NCBI GenBank assembly: GCA_041687695.1
Contig: JAWLBL010000004.1
Coordinates: 256,001 to 320,000 of the forward strand
DNA: 64,000 nucleotides
Origin: Myxococcota bacterium
Lineage (GTDB): Bacteria > Myxococcota_A > UBA9042 > PHBI01 > JAWLBL01
Reading direction: 5' to 3'
Shown here: positions 32,507 to 42,874 of the stretch, piece after piece
Layout: every line of letters begins with the position of its first letter
How positions within the stretch are numbered: the first letter of the stretch is position 1
Position numbers and translations under genes: made by a program
Notes under the pieces: model-generated
Database searches by the model: none
The model's input: the letters and a program-made list of their open reading frames with translations, nothing else
Told to the model about the DNA's origin: nothing

Positions 32507-33864
32507 GGCGGACGGGCGGAGCAGGGAAGGCGGCGCTGCTGGCGGCGGCGGTGGTGGCGTGCGCGGCGGCGGCGACGGCGGTGCAGGCCGAGTCGCTGGA
32601 GAACCGGGCGCTGATGGACCACGCGCCGCAGGCCGGTGACCACCCGCCGCGGGGGGCGACGGCGCCGGTGTGGGGCTCGCCCGACGATCCGATGACCAGC
32701 GCCGGGCAGCGGGCGCGCGAGCGGGCGAAGCTGGGGCGGCGGCACCTGCCCAGCCCCGTCGTCTTCCCGGACCAGCAGCTCCCGCTTCGCTTCAGCCACC
32801 GCATCCACACCGAGCTGCTCGAGTGCGTGGACTGCCACGGCGGCGTGCGCAGCAGCCTCCGCGCCTCGGACGTGAACCTGCCGCCGATGGCGACCTGCAC
32901 CGACTGCCACGATCTCGAGGAGGGGCTGACGGCCGAAGGCGGCGACCCGCCGTCGCGCTGCTCGACCTGCCACGTCGGCTACCAGGCCGAGTTTCTGCCG
33001 GGCGCGGACGTGAACGACTGGACCCAGGTCAAGGTGCATCCGCCCGAGGTGGTCATCCCGACCCCGAACCTGAAGTTCAACCACAAGCTGCACCTCGACC
33101 GCGGCATGGACTGCGCGACCTGCCACGGCGATCTGACCCAGGTCGAGCTGGCGACGCGCGACAACGCCCTGCCGCTGATGAAGACCTGCCTGACCTGCCA
33201 CGACGGGCAGCAGGCCTCGGCCGAGTGTCGGACCTGCCACCTGACCGAGCCCACCGGCCGGCTCGAGACCCGATTCGCCGCCGGGCGCCTGGTCCCTGGC
33301 GGCTGGTACTACCACGACGCCCACGACGACTCGTGGCTGCAGGACCACCGCGCGGCGGCGCAGCTCAACGAGGGCTACTGCGCCAACTGTCACGCCCCCA
33401 AGGAGTGCGTCGATTGCCACAACGGCGTGACCAAGCCGCTGAAGATCCACCCGAACGACTGGATCCTGCAGCACCCCGTCGCGGCGCGGAAGAACGCGCC
33501 CGACTGCGCCAGCTGCCACCGCAGCCAGACCTTCTGCGTGGACTGCCACCAGCTCACCAAGGTGGCGGGCGACCCGCAGGACCGCGCCAACGTGCCGCAG
33601 CGGCTGCGCTTCCACCCCGAGGGCTGGGTCGCCGCGAACGTCGGACCCGACCACCACCGCTTCGAGGCGCAGCGCAACATCCAGTCGTGCACCTCGTGCC
33701 ACACCGAGCGCACCTGCGTCGCCTGCCACTCGGGCGAGTTCGGCGCCAACCCGCACCCCATCGGCTTCGCCGGCTCGCTGCGCTGCCGCGAGATGGCGCG
33801 CAAGAACGACCGGGCCTGCGTCAAGTGTCACCAGCTGGGCAGCCCGCGGCTCGAGTGTCGCTGA
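32503..33864 (+). CDS. Periplasmic multiheme cytochrome c (13 CxxCH; c3/c7-like N-terminal units)
   Basis: GTG start overlapping upstream TGA; signal peptide; 13 CxxCH counted; FSHRIH and FNHKLH distal-His motifs. Confidence 0.92.
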   Translation: MRRTGGAGKAALLAAAVVACAAAATAVQAESLENRALMDHAPQAGDHPPRGATAPVWGSPDDPMTSAGQRARERAKLGRRHLPSPVVFPDQQLPLRFSHRIHTELLECVDCHGGVRSSLRASDVNLPPMATCTDCHDLEEGLTAEGGDPPSRCSTCHVGYQAEFLPGADVNDWTQVKVHPPEVVIPTPNLKFNHKLHLDRGMDCATCHGDLTQVELATRDNALPLMKTCLTCHDGQQASAECRTCHLTEPTGRLETRFAAGRLVPGGWYYHDAHDDSWLQDHRAAAQLNEGYCANCHAPKECVDCHNGVTKPLKIHPNDWILQHPVAARKNAPDCASCHRSQTFCVDCHQLTKVAGDPQDRANVPQRLRFHPEGWVAANVGPDHHRFEAQRNIQSCTSCHTERTCVACHSGEFGANPHPIGFAGSLRCREMARKNDRACVKCHQLGSPRLECR

Positions 33865-34000
33865 CCCGCGTCCGAGGTCGTGACCGGTCGACGCCGCGAG
33901 CGGCGTGATCCAGCGAGCCCTCGCGAGCGAGGGCACTCCAGGCCGCCGGGACAGCTACACAGCGAAGCGTAGCGACCGAGGGGACGGGACGAACGAGCCG

Positions 34001-34340
34001 ACAAGGTTTGTCGGTCTCGGCTCGCACGACGCCGAAGCGACGAGGTTCGTCGGTTTTCGGCTGGTACCAGCGCGAAAGCCCGAAGTTCGTCGGTTTTCGG
34101 CTGGCAGGAGCGCGAAAGCCACGAAGTTCGTCGGTTTTCGGCTGGCAGGAGCGCGAAAGCCACGAAGTTCGTCGGTTTTCGGCTGGCAGGAGCGCGAAAG
34201 CCACGAAGTTCGTCGGTTTTCGGCTGTCAGGAGCGTGAAAGCCACGAGGTTCGTCGGTTTTCAACTGGTAGGAGCGCGAAAGCCACGAAGTTCGTCGGTT
34301 CTCGGCTGGTGCGAGCCGGAAAGCGACGAGGTTGGTCGTG
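34001..34340 (+). repeat. 41-bp tandem repeat array, 7 good copies plus degenerate flanks
   Basis: ACGAAGTTCGTCGGTTTTCGGCTGGCAGGAGCGCGAAAGCC; units at 34040, 34081 (40 bp), 34121, 34162, 34203, 34244, 34285; no spacers. Confidence 0.95.
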
Positions 34341-34434
34341 GACGCCAAAGATCGAAGCCCGAGCATGAAGGCTTCATGCTCGGGCTCGATGGATGGCTCG
34401 ACCGAGAGGGCTCGGCCCGGGGGCCGCTCGCGGC

Positions 34435-36489
34435 TCAGGCCTCGGCGGCCTGGGTGTCCTCGGAGGCGGTCTCCTCGCCGACGCCCATCGACTCGAGCAC
34501 CAGCTCGGCGATGTCCTTGGTCTTGACCGACTCGATCTGCAGCTCGTTGACGCCGTCCTTGAGCATCATGTTGCAGAACGGGCAGGCGACCGCGATGGTG
34601 TCGGCCTGGGTCTCCATGGCCTGCTGCACGCGCGTCTGGTTGATGCGCTTGCCGCGGTGCTCCTCCATCCACACCCGCGCGCCGCCGGCGCCGCAGCACA
34701 TGCCCGTCTGGCGCGTGCGGGCCATCTCCTTCAGCTCGATGCCGGGGATGGCGGTGATGGCGCGGCGGGGCTCGTCGTACACGTCGTTGTAGCGGCTGAT
34801 GTAGCACGAGTCGTGGTACGTGATGCGCTTGGACGTGCCCGGGGCCTGGCGCGGCTTGATCTTGCCCTCGGCCACCAGCCGGTCGATGAGCTGGCTGTGG
34901 TGGACGATCTCGAAGTGTCCGCCGAACTGCGGGTACTCGTTCTTGATGGTGTTGAAGCAGTGCGGGCAGTGGGTGACGAGCTTCTTCTTGCTCAGCTCGC
35001 GGCCGTTCATGACCTCGATGTTGGCCTGCGCCATCGTCTGGAACAGGTACTCGTTGCCGCCGCGGCGCGCCGGGTCACCCGTGCAGCCCTCTTCCTCGCC
35101 GAGGATGGCGAACGAGATGCCCGCCTCGCGCAGGATGCGCACCAGGGCGCGGCTGACCTTCTTCTGGCGGTCGTCGTAGGCGCCGGCGCAGCCGACCCAG
35201 AAGATGTACTCGGCGTCCGGGTTCTCGTCGACGGTCGGCACGTCCAGGCCCTCGGCCCACTTGACGCGGTCGCCCATCGGCAGCCCCCACGGGTTGCCCT
35301 TGTTCTCGAGGTTGCGCAGCGTGCCGCCGAACTCCTTGGGGAAGTTCGACTCCATCAGCACCAGGTGGCGGCGCATGTCGACGATCTTGTCGACGTGCTC
35401 GATCATCACCGGGCAGGCCTCGGAGCAGGCCCGGCAGGTGGTGCAGTCCCAGATGGCCTCGTATCCGACCGCGTCGACCAGCGTCTCGCCGTGGTAGTCG
35501 CCGCCCTCGGTCTGCTTGCCCTCGGCCACGATGTCGCCCTCGCGCCGATACAGGTGGTTGCGCGCGTTGACGATGAGCATCTTCGGGTTGAGCGGCTTGC
35601 CCGTGATGGTGGTCGGGCAGTTGACCTGGCAGCGGCCGCACTCGGTGCAGCTGTAGAAGTCCAGGTACTGCCGCCAGGTGAACTGGGTGACGTCGCCGAC
35701 GCCGAAGCTCTCCTGGTTCTCGATGTCCGGGATGGGCAGCAGGGCGCCGCGCTCCTTCACCTCGCCGAAGAAGGTGTTCGGGATCGAGGTGATGACGTGG
35801 AAGTGCTTGGAGCCCGGCAGGATGTTCAGGAAGGTCAGGACGATGAAGATGTGCGCCCAGTAGAAGATCTCGCGCCCGGCGGCGAGCGCCCCGGTGCTCC
35901 AGCCGTCGAAGAGGTTCGACAGCCCCGCCCCGATGGGCGCCCAGCCCATCTCGGCGATGACGTGGGCGTTGGCGGCCGGCGCGGTCTTGGCGTGCGAGAA
36001 GAGGAAGGCGTCGTACAGGAAGTCCGAGACCATCAGGCCGCCGATGAGGCCCAGCACGGCCAGGCCCTCGGCGCTGAAGGTCAGGCGGGCGGGGCGGGTG
36101 ACGACGCGGCGCCAGAAGGCGTAGGCGATCGCCGCCAGGACCACGGCCTCGGTGATGTCCTTGATGAGCGAGTAGGGGTTGTGGATGAAGGGCAGCTCGA
36201 AGTGCGGATCGAACGCCAGGACGACGAGGAACGCCGTCCGCAGCTGCAGGACCAGAAAGCCCCAGAAGATGAAGGCGTGCATGAAGCCGGCGACCGGCTC
36301 CTTGAACATCTTCTTCTGGCCGATGGCCACCAGGATGACGTTCGACAGCCGCTTGGGGATGTTGCGGAAGAGGTCCGGCCGGTGGTTGGCGATGGTCAGC
36401 AGGCGGACCTTGCCGAACATGGTCCAGCCGAAGTAGCCGAGCGCCACGGCGAGCGCGGCGATCATGGGGATCCAGCGGACTTCTTGCAT
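34435..36489 (-). CDS. Membrane-bound Fe-S oxidoreductase (FadF/HdrD-like; TM domain + 2x4Fe-4S + CCG domains)
   Basis: Start MQEVRWIP; several TM helices; CTECGRCQVNCP, CTTCRACSEACP, GCAG, CTGD, CPHC, HDSC, CCGAGG, CPFC. Confidence 0.9.
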   Translation of the reverse strand: MQEVRWIPMIAALAVALGYFGWTMFGKVRLLTIANHRPDLFRNIPKRLSNVILVAIGQKKMFKEPVAGFMHAFIFWGFLVLQLRTAFLVVLAFDPHFELPFIHNPYSLIKDITEAVVLAAIAYAFWRRVVTRPARLTFSAEGLAVLGLIGGLMVSDFLYDAFLFSHAKTAPAANAHVIAEMGWAPIGAGLSNLFDGWSTGALAAGREIFYWAHIFIVLTFLNILPGSKHFHVITSIPNTFFGEVKERGALLPIPDIENQESFGVGDVTQFTWRQYLDFYSCTECGRCQVNCPTTITGKPLNPKMLIVNARNHLYRREGDIVAEGKQTEGGDYHGETLVDAVGYEAIWDCTTCRACSEACPVMIEHVDKIVDMRRHLVLMESNFPKEFGGTLRNLENKGNPWGLPMGDRVKWAEGLDVPTVDENPDAEYIFWVGCAGAYDDRQKKVSRALVRILREAGISFAILGEEEGCTGDPARRGGNEYLFQTMAQANIEVMNGRELSKKKLVTHCPHCFNTIKNEYPQFGGHFEIVHHSQLIDRLVAEGKIKPRQAPGTSKRITYHDSCYISRYNDVYDEPRRAITAIPGIELKEMARTRQTGMCCGAGGARVWMEEHRGKRINQTRVQQAMETQADTIAVACPFCNMMLKDGVNELQIESVKTKDIAELVLESMGVGEETASEDTQAAEA

Positions 36490-37205
36490 CAGGTCACCTT
36501 GACGAAGCGGAACTGGAAGATCGGCAGGCCCACCTCGGCGCACTTCTTCTCGCGGTGCGAGCGGGGCAGGGCGCCGAGGATCTCGTCCTCGTAGGAGCGG
36601 CCGGCGAGGGTGAAGCCCCCGGCCTCGTGGAGCTCTTCCTCGATGACGTCGGCGTAGGCGGGCACGTCCGTCTTGGCGACGAGCAGGCCCCCGGGCGCGA
36701 GGGTGCGGTGCAGCTCGGCGATGAAGTCCGGTCGGAAGATGCGGCGCTTGTGGTGCTTCTTCTTCCACCAGGGATCGGGGAAGAGGATGTACCAGGCGTC
36801 CACCGAGCCGTCGGCGAAGGCCGGCATGAAGGCGCGGACGTCGCCCTCGACGACCCGCAGGTTCGCGAGCCCCTCGCGCTGCGCGCGGCGATCGGCGTCG
36901 GCGCACCAGCGGCGGCGGATCTCGAAGCCGAGCACGAAGGCGTCGGGGCGCTGCGCCGCCAGATCGCACAGGTGGTGGGGCCGACCGAAGCCGACCTCGA
37001 CGTGCAGCGGGCGCTGCTGGACGAACGCCGCGAAGCGGGCGTCGTCGTCCTCGCGACGGCCGGGCGCCAGCACGTGCGGGCCGGCGAGCGGCGGGACCTT
37101 CGCGTGCTCGAGGCGCTTGTCGAGGCTGCCGCCGATGAGACCGACGGCGCTGTCTTCCTTGGCGCTCACCGGGCACTGGTTAGCCGTGAGGGCGTCGGGT
37201 GTCAA
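36489..37205 (-). CDS. trmB: tRNA (guanine-N7)-methyltransferase
   Basis: VEVGFG, GFEIR, FPDPWWKKKHHKRR, KTD; TGATG overlap with next gene. Confidence 0.88.
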   Translation of the reverse strand: MTPDALTANQCPVSAKEDSAVGLIGGSLDKRLEHAKVPPLAGPHVLAPGRREDDDARFAAFVQQRPLHVEVGFGRPHHLCDLAAQRPDAFVLGFEIRRRWCADADRRAQREGLANLRVVEGDVRAFMPAFADGSVDAWYILFPDPWWKKKHHKRRIFRPDFIAELHRTLAPGGLLVAKTDVPAYADVIEEELHEAGGFTLAGRSYEDEILGALPRSHREKKCAEVGLPIFQFRFVKVT

Positions 37206-38707
37206 GGAGACTGACGCGGCGCGTCAACCCCCGAGGACCGCTGGGGTTCCCGAGAGCCGTCGCCATGGGGGCCGCGGCCTCGGCAGGCGGGCGGCGGCGC
37301 GCCCCCGATGACCGCGCCGTCGTCGCTCCACAGGGTCACCGGCGCCAGCGTCCCCAGCACCTCGGCCAGCCGCGGATGCCCGACGCCGGTCACGACCAGG
37401 CCCCGCCGCCAGCCGGGGGCGTCCAGCGCCTGGGCCACGTCGTCCCGGCTGGGGGTCGCCGCGGGCGGCGCTCCGTAGAGCAGCCGGGTCCCGGCCGTGA
37501 CCAGCGCGCGCACCGGGTCCTCGCGCTCGGCGGCGCGCGCGCCCCACCACGACAGGCGGCCCTCGTCCAGCGCCGCGCCGGCCTCGCCCGCGCCGGGGTG
37601 GTCCAGCCACTCGACGACCTTCAGCAGATCCAGCAGCGCCGGCCGGGCCTCGTCGGCCACGCCCATGAGCAGCACCGACACCCCGCCCTCGGGCCCCGGC
37701 CCCAGGTCGACCAGCTCGGGCCGCGCCTGCCGCGCGCGCTCGGGGCCGACCAGCCGCTCGATGGGGCCCGCCGGGCTCCCGCCCGCCCAGGCCAGCGCCG
37801 CCTCGAGCGCCGCGCGCCCCGGCGCCCCGGGCCCGGGCGCGGCCACCGTGACCAGGGTCAGCAGCCGCGCGCCCGGCTCGGGCGCCACCACCACGTGCGC
37901 CGTGCGCCGCGTCGGAGGGCAGACCCGCTGGCCCTTCGGCGCCGGCGCCTCGTCGCGCCACTCGGTGAGGGCCTCGGGCAGCCGATCCGCCAGGCCGGCG
38001 GGCCCCCCCCGGAGCACCAGGACGCCCCGGTCTGCGCGCACCACCCGCCGGTGGTGACGCACGATCTCCTCCCGGTGCAGGCCGCCCAGGGTGCGCGGGT
38101 CGGGGGCGAGCCCCAGCGGGCGCGCCAGCCCCAACGCGACCCCGAGCGCCACCGCCAGCGCCCGCCGCACCTCGCTCCGGCCGTCGGCTTCGAGGGCCTC
38201 GCGGGTCATCTCGAGCTGCGCGTCTAGGCGGGTCGCCGGGAAGGTCGGCCGGCGGGCGACGTCGGCCAGCAAGGTCACGAGGCGATCGGCGTCCCCGGCT
38301 GCGCCCACCACGCCCCAGCCGACCACCCCGCCGCTGGCGATGGGCTCGAGCAGGGCCCCGGCGGCCAGGGCCCGCTCGGGCGGGGGGCGGTCCCGGTCGG
38401 GATCGCCGGCGGTGCCGAGCAGGGCCGCGTCGGCGACGATGGCGGTCAGCCCGGGGTGGGCGGCCGGGTCGTCGAGCGGGCCGGCGGCGAAGAGCAGCGC
38501 CGCCGAGAACGCCGAGTCGGACGCGGGCGCGGGCAGCATGACGACGTGCAGGCCGCCGGGGGTCCGGATCCGCTCGGGTTCGTCGAGCGGGCCGACGGCG
38601 GGCGGGGCGGGGGAGGGCGGCGCGGCCGGGCGGCCCGAGGCGGCGCAGGCGAGGCCGATGGAGCACAGCAGCAGCGGCCATGCGCGCCGGAGGTCAGCGA
38701 TCGTCAT
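37202..38707 (-). CDS. M16 (insulinase)-like protein, non-catalytic type, probable lipoprotein
   Basis: TPGGLHVV, AGPLDDPAAHPGLT, LLADVARRPTFP; GLAC lipobox-like; no HxxEH. Confidence 0.6.
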   Translation of the reverse strand: MTIADLRRAWPLLLCSIGLACAASGRPAAPPSPAPPAVGPLDEPERIRTPGGLHVVMLPAPASDSAFSAALLFAAGPLDDPAAHPGLTAIVADAALLGTAGDPDRDRPPPERALAAGALLEPIASGGVVGWGVVGAAGDADRLVTLLADVARRPTFPATRLDAQLEMTREALEADGRSEVRRALAVALGVALGLARPLGLAPDPRTLGGLHREEIVRHHRRVVRADRGVLVLRGGPAGLADRLPEALTEWRDEAPAPKGQRVCPPTRRTAHVVVAPEPGARLLTLVTVAAPGPGAPGRAALEAALAWAGGSPAGPIERLVGPERARQARPELVDLGPGPEGGVSVLLMGVADEARPALLDLLKVVEWLDHPGAGEAGAALDEGRLSWWGARAAEREDPVRALVTAGTRLLYGAPPAATPSRDDVAQALDAPGWRRGLVVTGVGHPRLAEVLGTLAPVTLWSDDGAVIGGAPPPACRGRGPHGDGSREPQRSSGVDAPRQSP

Positions 38708-40550
38708 CGGGCGCCGCCGGGCCGAAGGTGGGGGCGCAGCGCGCGTCGATGGCCGCGAGGCGGGCGGCCGCGTCGACGTCTTCGCGGGCGAGGCCGAGCA
38801 GGGGCCGATAGACGGACTCGTCCAGATCGAAGCGGCGGAAGATGCGGGCCACATCTCGCGCGCGGCGCTGCGGGTCGGCCTGCTGCCCGGGGCCGCAGGC
38901 GAGCGCCTCGTGCAGGGCGACGACGGTGTCGAGGCTGGCCAGGCTGCGCAGCTTGGCGACCTCGAGGCAGCGCTCGTCGGCCTCGCGGCCGAGGCGGCGC
39001 ATCAGATCCGCGCGGCGGCTGATGGCGCGGCTGATGACCACGTAGTCGCGGGCCGACAGGCCGTACTTGCGCTGCAGGTGCGGGATCAGCTCGAGGCTCT
39101 GGCCGGGCGGCGGGCAGCGGATGTCGACCATGATGCGCACGTAACGGGCGAGCTGCTCGTCGTCGAGGGCGACGCGGTCCTCGGGCGCGGGCGTCTCGGG
39201 CGGCAGGTCGAGCGCGACGCGGCGGTCGCTGCGCAGGGCGTCGGACAGCGTCGCGCGGACCGACTCGGCGTCCACGGTCGACAGGCGGCGGGTCATGGCC
39301 GCGAGCCAGGCCTCGGGCGCGGCGCCGTCGTCGAGGCGGCCGCTGCGGGCGAGCGTCCCGACCAGCCGGGCCCGATCGGGGCCCCGGGCCCACGCCAGCG
39401 CGAGCTTGCGCGCCGCCACTCGGGCCGCGCCGGACACGACGGCGTCGTCGACCCGCGCTCGGGTCAGCCGCTCGACCTCGGCGACGAGGAGGCGCCGCAG
39501 GTCCGCCGGGTCGCTGCCGCGCAGGACGACCGCGATCGCCAGCGCCGGAGCGCCGTCGAGCGTCACCTCGGCGAAGACCTCGCGGGCCAGGGCGTGGCCG
39601 CGCACCAGCTGCTCGACCAGCAGGCCGCCGGGATGGTCGAGCAGCGCCTCGAGGGTCAGCAGGGCCGCGTCCTGGGCGCGCCGCTGGTCGGGGCCGGGGG
39701 AGGGCGGCAGGGCGAGCGGCCAGGCGGCGAGGACGAAGTGGCGGCCGTCGTCCCGGTTGAGCGGGGGGCGGGGCCAGGGGGCGGGGGTCGGCGGGGCGGC
39801 CGAGACGGCGGGCGACGACCGGCGCGGGGCGACCTGGGCGAGGGCGTCGAGGGCGAGCGCGCGGGCGCGGGCGGCGAGCGCGGTGGGGGCGACGACGACC
39901 AGGCGCCAGCGGGCGTGGCGGCGGGCCCAGGCGACGGCGTCGGCGAAGGCGGGCGCGTCGAGGCGGCCGGCCCGCACGCGGCTGGCGAAGGGCGACCACC
40001 CGCCCGGGTAGCCGAGGGCGGCGCGGCGCGCGGCGTCGAGCGCGTCGCCGTCGAGGGTGACGGCCCCCTGGCGGGCGGCGTCGGCGCCGTCCCACAGGCC
40101 GGCCCGGGCGGCGGCCAGGGTGGTCGGGGCCGGCGCGGCGTCGGCGAGGCGCTCGGCGGCGGCCCACAGGGCGGTCTCGAGGGCGACGGCGGGCCCTGAG
40201 ACGGTGACGGCGAGCGCGTCGGGGCTCAGATCGGCGGACAGGCGCAGTCCGGCGGCGCGTTCGGCCAGGCGCGGCGAGGGCGCAGACGGGTGGCGGGCCG
40301 GCGCGTGCACCAGCGTGGCCAGGAGCGCGGCCGTCGCGCCTCGCTGCCCGGGCGGCTCGTCGCGGGGGCCGAGGTCGACCTCGAGCCGGACGGTGACGGT
40401 GCGCGCGTCGGCCATCGCCGAGACGAACAGCTCGGCCGCCGGGCCGACGGCGTCGCGCGTCGTGGTCGGGGCGGTCTGGGCGGACGCGCGGGTCGTCGAC
40501 GCCGCGAGCAGCGCCACGAGCGCGACCCCTGCGAGGGCGGCGCGGTACAT
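38694..40550 (-). CDS. M16 (insulinase)-like exported protein lacking HxxEH, with extra C-terminal domain
   Basis: Signal peptide; VTVRLEVDLGPRDEPPGQRG, LVVVAP, GGLLVEQLVRGHALA, RLSTVDAESVR. Confidence 0.6.
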   Translation of the reverse strand: MYRAALAGVALVALLAASTTRASAQTAPTTTRDAVGPAAELFVSAMADARTVTVRLEVDLGPRDEPPGQRGATAALLATLVHAPARHPSAPSPRLAERAAGLRLSADLSPDALAVTVSGPAVALETALWAAAERLADAAPAPTTLAAARAGLWDGADAARQGAVTLDGDALDAARRAALGYPGGWSPFASRVRAGRLDAPAFADAVAWARRHARWRLVVVAPTALAARARALALDALAQVAPRRSSPAVSAAPPTPAPWPRPPLNRDDGRHFVLAAWPLALPPSPGPDQRRAQDAALLTLEALLDHPGGLLVEQLVRGHALAREVFAEVTLDGAPALAIAVVLRGSDPADLRRLLVAEVERLTRARVDDAVVSGAARVAARKLALAWARGPDRARLVGTLARSGRLDDGAAPEAWLAAMTRRLSTVDAESVRATLSDALRSDRRVALDLPPETPAPEDRVALDDEQLARYVRIMVDIRCPPPGQSLELIPHLQRKYGLSARDYVVISRAISRRADLMRRLGREADERCLEVAKLRSLASLDTVVALHEALACGPGQQADPQRRARDVARIFRRFDLDESVYRPLLGLAREDVDAAARLAAIDARCAPTFGPAAPDDDR

Positions 40551-40634
40551 CGGCCGAACCGTCGCCCGTGCCGCCTGCGCAGTCAATGGCGGCGCGGCCC
40601 GCGCGGGCTCGCCGGGGCATGTTGGGATTTGTCC

Positions 40635-40663
40635 TTGCCTGCCTTGCGGCGCGGCACTACAGT
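40635..40663 (+). promoter_or_regulatory. sigma70-type promoter of the rimP-nusA-infB operon
   Basis: TTGCCT-17 bp-TACAGT. Confidence 0.55.
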
Positions 40664-40813
40664 GGAGCCGCTCGGAAGCTGGAACACGAGGTCGGCTACC
40701 GGGGAACGCGGTCCGCGTCTCCCAGGCCTCGCTGCTCCCGCACCCGGATCGCCAGCGATGGCGGCCCCCGGGGCAACGGCTGCCGCGCATCACTTCGGAT
40801 CGGAGCGATCGTG

Positions 40814-40843
40814 AAGTGGGCTACCCGGCCCGCTTTTTTTTTT
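40814..40843 (+). promoter_or_regulatory. rimP leader terminator/attenuator-like hairpin
   Basis: AAGTGGGCT-ACCC-GGCCCGCTT running into a T10 tract directly before the rimP ATG. Confidence 0.7.
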
Positions 40844-41371
40844 ATGTCTGAGCACCTCGCAGAGACCATCCAGCGCATCCAGGCCGTCATCGAGCCCGTC
40901 CTCGAGCGCGAAGGGTTCGAGCTGGTCGAGCTAGAGTACAAGCGCGGCTCCAAGCGCTTCTTGCTGCGCGTCACCATCGACCGGCTGGGGCGGACCAGCT
41001 TCGCGCCGCCCGCGCGCGACGCGGCCGACGGCGAGGGGCCCGGGGCCGGGGGCGTCACCATCGTCGACTGCGTGCGCGTCACCAAGCTCCTGTCGCCGGT
41101 GCTCGACGTCGAGGACGTCGTCCCCGGCGCCTACACCTTCGAAGTGTCGTCCCCGGGGGTGAACCGCCCCCTCAAGACGGCCGCGCACTTCCGCATGGCC
41201 CTGGGCCAGAAGGTGCGCGTGAAGACGCGGGTGCCCGTCGCGGGTCAGTCGTTCTTCATCGCCAAGCTCGTCGACGCCGACGACGAGCGCCTCGTGCTCG
41301 AGGGCAAGTCGGGCCCCATCGAGGTCCCCTACCGCCACGTGTCCAAAGCGAACCTGGAATACGAGTTCTAG
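40844..41371 (+). CDS. rimP: Ribosome maturation factor RimP
   Basis: GFELVELE, LRVTID, VTIVDC, YTFEVSSPGVNRPL, KANL; upstream of nusA. Confidence 0.95.
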   Translation: MSEHLAETIQRIQAVIEPVLEREGFELVELEYKRGSKRFLLRVTIDRLGRTSFAPPARDAADGEGPGAGGVTIVDCVRVTKLLSPVLDVEDVVPGAYTFEVSSPGVNRPLKTAAHFRMALGQKVRVKTRVPVAGQSFFIAKLVDADDERLVLEGKSGPIEVPYRHVSKANLEYEF

Positions 41372-41449
41372 GTCGCGCATTGCAGGCAGCCTCGCGGCGC
41401 GGCTTTCGCATCGCCGAACGGCGCCCATGCGTGAGAAATCGAGGAAGAG

Positions 41450-42851
<1,402 letters not shown>

Positions 42852-42874
<23 letters not shown>

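Noticed and set aside
34001..34340. CRISPR array
   Set aside because: Units are contiguous with no unique spacers, and no cas genes are present in the window
33821..34807. ORFs spanning the 41-bp array (33905..34792 +, 33821..34807 - and others)
   Set aside because: Open only because the repeat lacks stops; the period is not a multiple of 3; the longer ones overlap the Fe-S oxidoreductase gene
40670..40800. tRNA, 6S or SRP RNA upstream of rimP
   Set aside because: No T-arm/anticodon pattern, SRP loop motif or 6S-like long rod could be identified by eye; kept only as a structured leader
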